From assembly GCA_965214835.1 (NCBI GenBank), contig CBDCCK010000002.1, forward strand, positions 3,054,430-3,086,429: a DNA stretch of 32,000 bases, written 5' to 3'. Under the pieces are notes generated by a model. That model searched no databases. It worked only from the letters and a program-made list of their open reading frames with translations, and was not told where the DNA came from. The translations under genes were made by a program, and so were the position numbers. This document shows positions 8,988-18,401 of the stretch, one piece after another (the first letter of the stretch is position 1; each line of letters starts with the position of its first letter). The stretch is from Nitrosopumilaceae archaeon. Its GTDB lineage: Archaea > Thermoproteota > Nitrososphaeria > Nitrososphaerales > Nitrosopumilaceae.

Positions 8988-9097
8988 CTTCCACTTGCCC
9001 TCACCCCTAATCCGGATTCCTGCGAGCTATCTGTCGACTTGGGCCGTATTGAATTATTCATCTTCCACTTGCCCTCACCCCTAATCCGGATTCCTGC
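8988..9097 (+). repeat. Perfect 36-bp direct repeat, two copies 74 bp apart
   Basis: cttccacttgccctcacccctaatccggattcctgc at 8988-9023 and 9062-9097. The repeat contains the palindrome aatccggatt. Confidence 0.95.
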
Positions 9098-9823
9098 CCT
9101 GTCAGCTGTGTTCTTACAACTCAAGTCCCGCCCGCAAGAGTCTACCCCACAGGCGATACTGCTGGCCCGAGCCTTGATCACCATGCCCACCACGCCGCAT
9201 ATTCTGGAGGTGATAGACTCTTACGTCCCGCCCCCCAGATAGCTTCAAATAGATTCGGCGCTGCATGGGTCATAGGCGAGCTGGAGCACGACACGCTGCC
9301 ACGGCAGAGGAAACTCCTCCCTCCATACAGGAAATGTGACCTGGAGATGGGTAACCAGAGATGGTTGGAAACAGAACAGAAAACCAATCCCGCTGAAATT
9401 ACGATGACGGTGAAAAGCCCGAGATGTTCAGCTGCGGAATGAAAAATCTGCCCCACATGGAGCAAGGCCAAACAGAACCCCAAGTGCCTGTACTCGGTTC
9501 AGGTAGGCTGCAAAGCGAAATATCGTGAAAACAGAAGGAGGGTTACTCCCAGCACGCCTGGAATCTTTTTCCCTTGGCACGGTGCAGACGGTTTTCCCTC
9601 CCTCATGTCACATGCATGCATTCTGTCAGGTCCAGTCCTGCAATCGACGCACCAAAGGTCTTTGATCATCAAAAAGCGTCCTCATACACAGCTTGCGCCC
9701 ACATGAGCTCAAGAACTTTTGCTCGTCACCACATGCAGGACTCGTCGGATCCTGCAGGCACCTAAAGAGCAGAAGCTGCTTTGTGTGGCACTGACTTGGG
9801 ATTTGTCCTGACGGATTATGCAT

Positions 9824-10159
9824 TCATCCCCTTTTTCTCACTACCGCACCTACAACAGAGACCAGCACTCCGGCGATAAAGACTCCAATGCCAACTTTAC
9901 CCAGTACCCCAAATATGGGCAGGCTCTTTCCAACCTGTGGAGTAATCGGAGTGCCCGAGCTGCCAGATCGCATGACCACTTCGGGGGGGACGGGTACGAT
10001 TGTAAGCAAGCCGACAGCCATGCTGGCAACAAAGAGGCCAATTCCCGAGACAGACACGATGAGGCCGGCCCGCAGCAGATTCAATGCTATGTCATTCTCA
10101 AGGCTAGAAGGAGCCTGTGTGATCCTTGCAGACAGAAGCGCCGCACCTGCAGTCTGCAT
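9824..10159 (-). CDS. Small membrane protein (~111 aa) with two predicted TM helices
   Basis: LLRAGLIVSVSGIGLFVASMAVGLLTIVP and GKVGIGVFIAGVLVSVVGAVVRKRG. The upstream part of the given ORF overlaps the cysteine-tail gene and is probably not coding. The start is uncertain. Confidence 0.55.
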   Translation of the reverse strand: MQTAGAALLSARITQAPSSLENDIALNLLRAGLIVSVSGIGLFVASMAVGLLTIVPVPPEVVMRSGSSGTPITPQVGKSLPIFGVLGKVGIGVFIAGVLVSVVGAVVRKRG

Positions 10160-11480
10160 CACAAAGACACGAGCCCTGCATCGCGCAATCGCATTCGCTG
10201 CCAATATCGGCAGACGCCGCACAGCCACACGCTGCCTCCTGCTGAGCAGAGTCCAGCTGGGGGCTCTGTGGCGGGGGCGTGCTCTGTGAGCTCGACGAGT
10301 CCTCATAGACGCTGCGTGTCTGCTGATAGTCTGACTCGTCTCTCAGCTGCGCCTCGCCGCGGTTGGTCTTGTAGCCGCCGGAGCTCTCGCTAGTAGAATA
10401 TCCTACCAGCCGGGACGGGTCGATGCCGCTTTGTCCCTGGCCCTCCTCCTTTTTCATCTGCCTGTTGCTGTACACGAAAAATGCGCCTCCCCCGACTGCT
10501 GCCATACCGGCCATCCCGTAGACGATGGCCACGGGAAAGTCGCCGGTCGATGTTTGTGCATATCCCTCCGGAGGAGTAGGCAGTATGCCAAATATTTCAA
10601 TGCCGTCAAGACTGTCCAGCTGTGCAAACCCGATTGCGTGGACGTTTGCATTGTCAGCGGACTGGACGGTTCTTACCGTGTACTCTTGGTCGGCGCTAAA
10701 GGTTGCATGGAACTCCCGCTCCACCTGGATCCCCTCCCGGATGCTGCTCTCGCCCATCGTATAGCTGGAAACTACAAAGCCTGCAATCTCATCGTCCAGG
10801 CCAAACTGGGCGGCGTCTGCGTTGATGCCGGTCGGATCAAACAAAAAATGCCAGTTAGCTAGCGGCTGATCCCTGATAAAGTCAGCATTGATTAAATTAT
10901 CATGCAGTAGATCCTCTGCCTCGGAGCCACTGATGAGCGATGCCAGTGCTGGATCTTCTGATTCTATTGCAGAGAACGGATGGTTGATTTCAATGCCGTC
11001 GGCAATTACAGGATCCTGGATGGATATGCCCCTCCAGCCCATGTCAACTAGCGCCGGGTTCCGGCCGTCTGCTGCACGAATTACATAGCTTCCAATCTCT
11101 CCGGTGATCAGGATTTGAAAGTCAACTGCCGCAGAAACCGGGTTTCCCTTGAGGGTCGCAAGATAGTCCACGGCAAGGTTCGAAACCTGGGCATGGCTGC
11201 CGTCGCCTACAAGGTTTGCGTTGATTTGGTTGGCAATTGTCTGGGCCTCGGCAGGATCTGCAGTTGCGGTGACAGTCCAAGAGTCGCCGCGAAGGGAGTC
11301 TGCCACCTGTCCGCCGTCGGGATACTCGATGAAGATTGTTTTTTGATACCTGATCTTAAATTCGGATGTGTCGGTGTTTGGGTTGATTCTTGTCTCCAGT
11401 TGCGCGGCCTCGGCGGCAGAGAAGGTGCCAAATACGAGAATCGCCGCCACTAAAACCGAGAATAAAGCTGCCCCTTGCAC
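10104..11480 (-). CDS. Membrane-anchored extracytoplasmic protein with cysteine-rich C-terminal tail
   Basis: Signal peptide MQGAALFSVLVAAILVFGTFSAAEAA, TM helix FPVAIVYGMAGMAAVGGGAFFVYS, tail CGCAASADIGSECDCAMQGSCLCDADCRCGASVCKDH. Confidence 0.82.
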   Translation of the reverse strand: MQGAALFSVLVAAILVFGTFSAAEAAQLETRINPNTDTSEFKIRYQKTIFIEYPDGGQVADSLRGDSWTVTATADPAEAQTIANQINANLVGDGSHAQVSNLAVDYLATLKGNPVSAAVDFQILITGEIGSYVIRAADGRNPALVDMGWRGISIQDPVIADGIEINHPFSAIESEDPALASLISGSEAEDLLHDNLINADFIRDQPLANWHFLFDPTGINADAAQFGLDDEIAGFVVSSYTMGESSIREGIQVEREFHATFSADQEYTVRTVQSADNANVHAIGFAQLDSLDGIEIFGILPTPPEGYAQTSTGDFPVAIVYGMAGMAAVGGGAFFVYSNRQMKKEEGQGQSGIDPSRLVGYSTSESSGGYKTNRGEAQLRDESDYQQTRSVYEDSSSSQSTPPPQSPQLDSAQQEAACGCAASADIGSECDCAMQGSCLCDADCRCGASVCKDHTGSF

Positions 11481-11592
11481 GAGTCAAATCCTTGGTCACT
11501 TACATTTAATCTTATCTTAAAAGGCGAATAACGATCAGGCTTTGAAAAGGTAATATTGAGCTACATAGCTTACCAGCTCGTTCTAAAAGAAA

Positions 11593-12513
11593 ATGATTAC
11601 GGTACTATCAGGCGGCACGGGCTCAGTCAAGCTAGTAAGGGGGCTAGTTGCGCAGGACGGCAGCGTCAGCATAGTCAGCAACGTAGGAGACAACTACTGG
11701 CTGTACGGCATGTACGTGTGTCCGGACGTCGACACGGTCATTTACGGCCTGGCAGACATTTTAGACCATGACAAGGGCTGGGGGGTCAAAAAGGACACCT
11801 TCAACTTTTTGAGGCAGATGGAGGTCTTCGGGGAGGAGACTTGGTTTAGGATTGGCGACAGGGACGCGGCAACCCACCTGATTCGGACCAACATGCTAAA
11901 GAACGGAAAAAACCTGAGCGACATTACGAAATGGATGTGTGAAAAGTTTGCAATAAGCGCAAAGATCATCCCGGTCACAGACAACACCATAGAGACTAGG
12001 ATCATCACCAACAAGGGGGAGCTGCACCTGCAGGAGTACTGGGTAAAATACAGGGGCATGGACGATGTCGAGGGGATCCAGTACATTGGGGCAGACAAGG
12101 CAAGGCCGAACCCGGAGGCGGTAAACGCGATTCATGACTCGGATCTGGTGATTCTGGCGCCAGGAAACCCGCTGACCAGCATAGGGCCGATGCTGCAGAT
12201 CAAGGGAATCAGAAAGGAGCTTTCAAAGATCAAAAAGAAGGTGGTGGCAGTCAGTCCGCTGATAGGAGACAAGGCGATAAGCGGTCCGGCGGCAAAGTAC
12301 ATGCAGGCTGCCGGAATCGAGTCAAACGCATACGGGCTGGCAAAGATGTACTCTGATGTTTGCTCCAATATAATCATAGACTCAAAGGACAGGCTGCTCT
12401 CAAAGAAGATCCAAAACTTGGACATGAAGGTATTTGATACAAAGATTACCATGAAGACCAAGCAGGCAGAGGATGCGCTTGCCTCGTTCATCCTAAAACA
12501 AGTCCACGTTTAG
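11593..12513 (+). CDS. cofD: 2-phospho-L-lactate transferase (coenzyme F420 biosynthesis)
   Basis: ITVLSGGTGSVKLVRGL, NVGDNYWLYGMYVCPDVDTVIYGLAD and ILAPGNPLTSIGPML are characteristic of CofD/UPF0052. Confidence 0.95.
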   Translation: MITVLSGGTGSVKLVRGLVAQDGSVSIVSNVGDNYWLYGMYVCPDVDTVIYGLADILDHDKGWGVKKDTFNFLRQMEVFGEETWFRIGDRDAATHLIRTNMLKNGKNLSDITKWMCEKFAISAKIIPVTDNTIETRIITNKGELHLQEYWVKYRGMDDVEGIQYIGADKARPNPEAVNAIHDSDLVILAPGNPLTSIGPMLQIKGIRKELSKIKKKVVAVSPLIGDKAISGPAAKYMQAAGIESNAYGLAKMYSDVCSNIIIDSKDRLLSKKIQNLDMKVFDTKITMKTKQAEDALASFILKQVHV

Positions 12514-12514
12514 C

Positions 12515-13162
12515 TTGCTCAAAATAGCGGTAATCATACCAGTCAAGACGTTTTCAAGGGCCAAGTCTCGGCTGGACCTGCCGCAAAAAGTCAGGAGCAG
12601 CCTGTGCGAGCTGATGCTAGATGAGCTGCTGCACACGCTGTCCATGTCGCCGCTAATTGAGAGGACAATCACAGTCACGGGGGATCCGGCGGCCGGAAGG
12701 ATTGCAGAAAAATACGGGTCGGTAGTCATCCCAGACAGAGAAGAGTCTGGGGTAAACGAGGCAGTCTCCCTGGCAGACGACCATGTAAGGGAGAACGGCA
12801 TAGGGGCGACCATAGTGCTGCCGCAGGACATACCGTTTACAAAAACCCAGGATATCGACTTTTTGCTCAGGGTTCAGATTCCGCCGAACTTTGTGACGGT
12901 TGTGCCCTCGCGCAGGTTTGACGGGACCAATGCTCTGGTCCGAATGCCCCACGACATCATGGGCACGTCATACGACCAGGACAGCTACCGGAGCCATGTC
13001 GAGGCTGCAAGGAGGCATACGCGAAACTGGTCTGTCCTGTTTGTAAGGAGGATGATGGTGGACATAGACGATGTCGAGGATCTAAGATACGCTCTAGAGC
13101 GAAACGAAAAGCCGGAGCTGTGTGAGAGGATCAGGAAGCTGGTAGGCCTGGAGGCGCCATAA
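12515..13162 (+). CDS. cofC: 2-phospho-L-lactate guanylyltransferase (coenzyme F420 biosynthesis)
   Basis: IPVKTFSRAKSRL, VLPQDIPFTKTQDID and SYDQDSYRSHVEAA fit the CofC family. It lies directly downstream of cofD and appears to use a TTG start. Confidence 0.9.
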   Translation: MLKIAVIIPVKTFSRAKSRLDLPQKVRSSLCELMLDELLHTLSMSPLIERTITVTGDPAAGRIAEKYGSVVIPDREESGVNEAVSLADDHVRENGIGATIVLPQDIPFTKTQDIDFLLRVQIPPNFVTVVPSRRFDGTNALVRMPHDIMGTSYDQDSYRSHVEAARRHTRNWSVLFVRRMMVDIDDVEDLRYALERNEKPELCERIRKLVGLEAP

Positions 13163-13163
13163 A

Positions 13164-13412
13164 GTGGCAAGCGCGCGCAAGACAGGAGCTGGAATTGGCT
13201 ATGTTTATTCCGTATATGATCAATATCCCGGTGATAGTGGTTCCCCGGTTGGAAAGCTAACTGGAGGGGATTTCACTGTACATGGAATGCACGTAGGTCT
13301 TGCTGATTCAGGTTTCTACGACCAACCAGCTTGCTCTCAAGGCGGCAAATATTCCAAGTTTATCACGTACGACAAAATACAAAGCGTGTTAGGCATGGTA
13401 GGAAAGACATGA
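13164..13412 (+). pseudogene. C-terminal fragment of a chymotrypsin-fold serine protease
   Basis: YPGDSGSPVGKLTGGDFTVHGMHVGLADSG...YDKIQSVLG contains the GDSG catalytic-serine motif and a typical C-terminal pattern. No His or Asp part is visible upstream. Confidence 0.6.
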
Positions 13413-14116
13413 GGCATCCTCCTTTTTTTCTTTTTTTACTATTGCTTGTGCCAAGTACGGTGATTTTTGCCGAGTTGCATGATGAAGAAATGACATCCTC
13501 TAAACAAACCGAGGCATGTGAGTACCATTCAAAGTATCCAAATGAGTTATTCAATTTATGTGAATACAAACTGGATTGTGAGGGATTAGAATTTACTTAT
13601 GAAGGGGGAAGAAATGTATTGGAAAAAGATTATCTCACTCAACTATTTTTACAAAATAATCCGTGGGGAAGTATTAACACTGGAAATATAATAGGAAACT
13701 TTGATGTAGGAAACGTTTGGTTGGTTGGTGATAAAATCCATCATGAAGATAAAAATCTGGGAATTGGCATGAACATGTGTAATGATATCACCAGGTATTC
13801 CTATCAGGATTTGATTTTACGAATATATGAAAAAGGAGACCATGGAAAAGCAGTTTTAAATGTGGAAGGGAAAAACATAACTGACTCGGCGGTACTGGCA
13901 GGAGAAGGCAAATATGAAATTGCTAAAAGAATCATCGGCAAGCATGCCTCCCCAAAAGTTCAGATAAATGAATTTGGAATTCCATCAAACAGGATACACT
14001 GTAATGACGGGCTTGAATTATTTGAACGTAGCAACAATGTCCTTGTATGCATCAAACCTCAAACATTTGAAAAACTGGTGGAAAGGGGATTCGACATTAA
14101 GCACTATCCTTCATAG
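13409..14116 (+). CDS. AT-rich secreted hypothetical protein (~235 aa)
   Basis: Signal peptide MRHPPFFLFLLLLVPSTVIFA followed by a long intact frame. Local composition is clearly more AT-rich than the neighbouring genes. Confidence 0.7.
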   Translation: MRHPPFFLFLLLLVPSTVIFAELHDEEMTSSKQTEACEYHSKYPNELFNLCEYKLDCEGLEFTYEGGRNVLEKDYLTQLFLQNNPWGSINTGNIIGNFDVGNVWLVGDKIHHEDKNLGIGMNMCNDITRYSYQDLILRIYEKGDHGKAVLNVEGKNITDSAVLAGEGKYEIAKRIIGKHASPKVQINEFGIPSNRIHCNDGLELFERSNNVLVCIKPQTFEKLVERGFDIKHYPS

Positions 14117-14236
14117 CCGGTCTTCCCAGTAGCCCGAAATTGCCAATTTTGACCGAGGCAGATCAACAAGGTGCGTCCCAGAAGGCCAGTAGTCCATAGG
14201 TATGAGATCACCTACCCCTAGATTATTTTGGCCGCC

Positions 14237-15050
14237 TCAGCCGCGATGGACTTGCCCTGCATCCCCCACGTCTACACGCATGTATTGAACCATCCATGCC
14301 TTTCCATCCAGGCCAGGCCGCCCTTGATCTGGCCGCTTATCTTGAATTGAAGCACGACGGGGCGCAGCGCCCGCTCTGCACCGTTGCTGGTGGGCTCGAC
14401 ACCCTCGTATTCCAGAAACGCAAACATGTACGGCAGGGCCCTGTGCATCCTCTTGAGGGGGTGGCTCCGGCGGGCCGCCCCCATGCATCAACGTATCCGA
14501 ACAGTATATTCTGCATGTCGGTCTCAAACCGCCGGCGCAGATCCGGCGAGTGCCGCCCCATCAGCCCGCTGGCCCTGCCCATCCCCGTCCTCTCCTCGAG
14601 CTCCCAAAGACTTTCCTCGGACAGCTTGTCCCAGCCCTCAAGACACCCCTTGGCATCCTCGAACAGCTGCTGCATCTGCCGGTACAGGACTCCTGCAAAC
14701 ATCGGGCGCCCTTTTTCTGCGATATATACGGGAGGAACCGCAGCTCGTGCTCCCAGCACCGCCGGAGCCTTCCCAACAGCCCGAGCTCCTCGTATGCGGG
14801 ATATCCGTCCGATGTGACGACGCCCCAGTACCCGCCCATGTACTGGTTCAGGATCCTAGCGCTCCTAGTGTCTGCATGTATCATGAACATGCCCACCGCC
14901 GGCAGCATGGCCCGCGTCCATCCCAGCCTGCCTGCCAGGTTGATCCCCGTCTCGTCTATGCAGACTGTCTTGGCTTTTTACCTTCTTGGCGATGTCCTCT
15001 GCAGGCTCCATGGCATCAGAGACGCGTCCCGGGATGTTGATTATCGTTGA
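14237..15050 (-). pseudogene. IS66-family transposase remnant, multiply frameshifted
   Basis: Fragments RSARILNQYMGGYWGVVTSDGYPAYEELG, RCWEHELRFLP and FAFLEYEGVEPTSNGAERALRPVVLQFKISGQIKGGLAWMERH lie on the same strand in different frames. Confidence 0.85.
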
Positions 15051-15384
15051 CTAGCATGTATCCTCATGGGACCGGATAAGCGTGCGATCCTGTTGCTGGG
15101 AATGTCATCTGCGCGCGGCTCGGTGGCGATTGACTGCGCTCTTGCCGTAGCCGCCGCTCTTTGGCAGGTCGTTGGGGACAGCATCATCTCCCTGAGCGAT
15201 TCTGCAGATGCCTAGATCTCACAAACTATGAGAGGCTGGCCTTTCATAATGCCTATCCGGCGCTCACACATGGATCAGTATCGCCATCAATGTTTAACCT
15301 GCTACGAGGTGCAGGTGATCTCATACGATGCCGTGCCGCAGCTCAGAGCAGCAGAGTCAGGCCAGTCAAAAACAGATGCGGTGC

Positions 15385-16374
15385 CTAGCGGGCTTCCAGG
15401 CCGGATCGCCTTGCATTGAAACGGCCAAGCACCAAGAACAGGATGGATATTGCGCCGGATGCGACAAAAAGCAGCTCCAGGCTGCCAAGCAGTGAGTGGG
15501 AGTACGCATCATCCAAGGAAATGTCGTTTACAAACGCGACAAAGTAGACGTATGAGAGGACGAAATAGTTTGTAGCCCAGTGCAGCATTATTGCGGCCAA
15601 CAGCCCGTACCGATAGTATACCCAGCCAATGATCACGCCGGCGGCGGATGCCTGGGCAAACTTGCCACCGCCCCATGGCTCGCCCGAAAGCACGTGGGCC
15701 AAGCCAAACAGGATGCCGACTGCCGCAATCAGCGCAAGCACGCGCCCCGGGCCTGCAGCGTCCAGATTCTCAAAGGGATTCCACAGGGATGCTGCAAGCC
15801 TCCCAGGCGAGGCCCTGCGGCCGAACATCAGGTAAAGGGGCAGTCCGATCAGGATTACGCGGAACCCGATCTCCTCTACGAGGGGCGCCAGGCTGGCCGA
15901 AAAAAACTGCGTCAGATCGTTGTCAAAACTCGGAGGCTCTATGGCTATTCCAAAGGAGCCCTGAACCGCATCGACTACGGCAGAGACAACAACCAAAACC
16001 CCAAACCACTGAAGCATCGAGACCAGGTAGTTTGACGAGGAGTCCCTTCCAGATGACAGGATGAGGGCAAGCGACTTGATGAAGTTTTGCCCGGGGCCCA
16101 GGATGCCAATGGCAAACAGGATTACAAACACCGACCAGATCACGATAAAGCCGTCCCCAATTGCAACCTCAAACGGAAGCGGTTCAAGCAGGGACTCGAT
16201 CCCAGAATAGACGTACGCCAGCGGATACTCGTGCGTGATATCCCGGCCGACGTCGGAATTGAAAAAGACGTACGCCCCGACCGGAAAGGACAGCAGCATC
16301 ATTCCAAAGATTATCGACAGTAGTGCAGAGTGCGGAATCCCAAGTCCCCGGAGTATTCTGTCAGTTTCCTGCAA
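15385..16374 (-). CDS. CPBP-family (CAAX/bacteriocin-processing type) intramembrane metalloprotease
   Basis: LAPLVEEIGFRVILIGLPLY (EExxxR), GLAHVLSG, and GWVYYRYGLLAAIMLHWATNYF with multiple TM helices. Confidence 0.9.
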   Translation of the reverse strand: MQETDRILRGLGIPHSALLSIIFGMMLLSFPVGAYVFFNSDVGRDITHEYPLAYVYSGIESLLEPLPFEVAIGDGFIVIWSVFVILFAIGILGPGQNFIKSLALILSSGRDSSSNYLVSMLQWFGVLVVVSAVVDAVQGSFGIAIEPPSFDNDLTQFFSASLAPLVEEIGFRVILIGLPLYLMFGRRASPGRLAASLWNPFENLDAAGPGRVLALIAAVGILFGLAHVLSGEPWGGGKFAQASAAGVIIGWVYYRYGLLAAIMLHWATNYFVLSYVYFVAFVNDISLDDAYSHSLLGSLELLFVASGAISILFLVLGRFNARRSGLEAR

Positions 16375-16381
16375 TTCTGGT

Positions 16382-16690
16382 CTAGTGCAGCTCTATTGAG
16401 GACTCTGCAAACCCCAAGTCGACAAGCGTGTCCTTGAGGGTATCGCGATGATCGCCTTGCAGGAAGATGTATCCCTCCTTGGCGGTGCCGCCGCACGCGT
16501 ACTTGTTCTTCAAGTCCTTTGCGACGCGCTCTAGATCGTTTAGCTTTGGATCAAGGCCCTCAATCATGGTGCCCTTTTTCTTAAAGCGGCGGGTTTCTAG
16601 CCGGATGATAATTTTCGTACTGTCCTTGGCTAGGTCGCCACAGGCACACAGATCTTCGGGAAGGCCACACGTATTACAAATTACTGCCAT
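16382..16690 (-). CDS. Translation initiation factor eIF1/SUI1 homologue
   Basis: MAVICNTCGLPEDLCACGDLAKDSTKIIIRLETRRFKKKGTMIEGLD...KDLKNKYACGGTAKEGYIFLQGDHRDTLKDTLVDLG. Confidence 0.95.
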   Translation of the reverse strand: MAVICNTCGLPEDLCACGDLAKDSTKIIIRLETRRFKKKGTMIEGLDPKLNDLERVAKDLKNKYACGGTAKEGYIFLQGDHRDTLKDTLVDLGFAESSIELH

Positions 16691-16744
16691 TCGTTCGTTA
16701 CAATTCCCCCACACACACTATTAAGCCTTTTAGTCGCCACTGGG

Positions 16745-16833
16745 TATGTGGTCACCTGCCCCTATCAATAGGCATGAATTGGCATGTACAATGTGATTTT
16801 CGTACCTAGATAGCAAGGGGACGTGACCACGTA
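16745..16833 (+). repeat. ~90-bp hairpin/MITE family, copy 4, with target duplication
   Basis: Arms tatgtggtcacctgcccctatcaat and gatagcaaggggacgtgaccacgta. Perfect 10-bp flanking direct repeats cgccactggg at 16735-16744 and 16834-16843. Confidence 0.88.
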
Positions 16834-17014
16834 CGCCACTGGGCAATTGGCTAGGTTGAGCACACGGGCCCGGGTGGGAAGCAGGCACGAATCCTATGCT
16901 GCCGCAGGCACCCAGGCCAGATTGGCCGGTGCATCCGGCCCGCGCATGCACCATGTCCTGATGCACGATATCAAGGTGCCAAACATCCCCCATGCCGGCA
17001 GGGATGCGCAGCCT

Positions 17015-17323
17015 TTACCGCACGCCCCCCTGTATGACTGCCCTGCGCAGCGCCCTCTCGGCCCTGCTGTTGGTAGGCTCCATGCCCGGATACCTGACAA
17101 AGGTGAACAGGTACGGGCCGCAGCTGCAAGCGTGCCTCCAAGGCTGTACCACATCTAGGCATACTGAGCGGCTAGGGCCTCTGCGGGCGATATCATTTCG
17201 GTGCAGTCGTGATCGGGGGGCATGTGCTTGGCCTCGCAGAGTACGGGCTGCAGACGCCTGTACAGTGATTCCCCGGTACATCCCTTGGGTACATGCTGCC
17301 CGGTAAGCCAGACTATTATCCAA
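17015..17323 (-). pseudogene. IS66-family transposase C-terminal fragment
   Basis: PYLFTFVRYPGMEPTNSRAERALRRAVI matches the conserved C-terminal motif of IS66 transposases. Too short to be functional. Confidence 0.8.
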
Positions 17324-17533
17324 TCCCCGTCTGTGATGGCCTCATCCTTGCCGGACTCGGCCATGGTGCGGGCCCAGCTCATCGCGCAATATCTGGGATC
17401 CCTGAGCCAGGCAATGGGTCAGGCATGACCGGGGCGCTTATCGCGTGGTGATCAAAAATTGGCCTTGTGCTCGGCCCAAGCGGTTACAGGCACGGGGCAA
17501 ACACTATTTTTAGCAAGGAATCAAACAAGCATC

Positions 17534-17869
17534 ATGGCAGAGGATCTTACAAAAAAGGCAGCAGAGATGCTTCTGCGCGGTGCCACGCTTGTCAGCCAGC
17601 CATGCCCGTACTGCAGCGGCGTGAGAGTCATCAAGGACGGAAACGCGCTGTGTACAAGCTGCGGAAGGAGGCCGGGGGGGAAAGAGACTGGAAAAGACGC
17701 GACGGTGCAGGCACCCGCAGCGCTGCAGATTCTGGAAAAAAAGCTAGATGCGCTATCAAGGGAGCTGGAGGGAGAGACGGATCACGGCAGGCAGCAGGAG
17801 ATCATCAGGGCAGTGGACTCTCTGATTGATGCCATTGCCAAGCTCAAGGACGGCAATCAATCAGGCTGA
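17534..17869 (+). CDS. Sjogren's syndrome/scleroderma autoantigen 1-type zinc-ribbon protein
   Basis: KKAAEMLLRGATLVSQPCPYCSGVRVIKDGNALCTSCGRRPG has the four-cysteine ribbon and spacing of this family. Confidence 0.85.
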   Translation: MAEDLTKKAAEMLLRGATLVSQPCPYCSGVRVIKDGNALCTSCGRRPGGKETGKDATVQAPAALQILEKKLDALSRELEGETDHGRQQEIIRAVDSLIDAIAKLKDGNQSG

Positions 17870-18229
17870 GCACGTAAGGACTAAGACAGGCATGGATCCT
17901 AGATTGCCGCAGGCACCCAGGCCAGCTTCAGATACGTCCAGTCCGCGTATGATCCAGGTTGTGTAGCCTGCGCATATGGATCTAGGGGTGATCAGAAATT
18001 GGCCTTGTGCCCAGCCCAAGCGGTTGCATTCAGTATCGTCATCAATGCTTAACTTGCTGTGAAGGGCAGCTGACATCATGCCAAGGGCGGCAAGAGCTTA
18101 CCCCCTAGGCGAGACTGCAGGTCAGGGCCCTGACTGCCGTACCTGCCACGCCGTATTTTCGGGGAGATAAGCTCTTACCCAAGGGCGTGCAATAACGTTT
18201 TTAAGTAAATATTCGATTCGTAGGATATC

Positions 18230-18394
18230 ATGGCAGAGAAGAAGGGGGCACCGCTTCCGGCATCAAGTGCGGGACTGCTCAGGTTCTTTGAGGATGAGAC
18301 CAAGGGATTCAAGATTGATCCAAGAATCGTAGTCACCATCCCAATCGGTTTGATTGCCCTCTCATGGGCTTTGGATTTGTTGCTAGTATCGTGA
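18230..18394 (+). CDS. Preprotein translocase Sec61beta/SecG-like subunit (54 aa, absent from the ORF track)
   Basis: Translated by eye: MAEKKGAPLPASSAGLLRFFEDETKGFKIDPRIVVTIPIGLIALSWALDLLLVS*. It has the archaeal Sec61beta layout, PxSSAGLxRFFEDExKGxKIDPR then one TM helix. Confidence 0.93.
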   Translation: MAEKKGAPLPASSAGLLRFFEDETKGFKIDPRIVVTIPIGLIALSWALDLLLVS

Positions 18395-18401
18395 AATCAC
18401 A

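Noticed and set aside
8988-9097. Calling the 36-bp repeat pair a CRISPR array
   Set aside because: Only two repeats and one spacer, no leader and no cas genes in the window. Reported as a direct repeat only.
9178-9823. Several 60-100 aa ORFs between the 36-bp repeats and the small membrane protein gene
   Set aside because: No motifs, overlapping alternatives on both strands, and no coding preference I can judge by eye. Not reported as genes.
14384-15040. Plus-strand ORFs of 218 and 166 aa (14384 and 14550)
   Set aside because: Opposite-strand readings of the decayed IS66 transposase, whose conserved motifs are on the minus strand.
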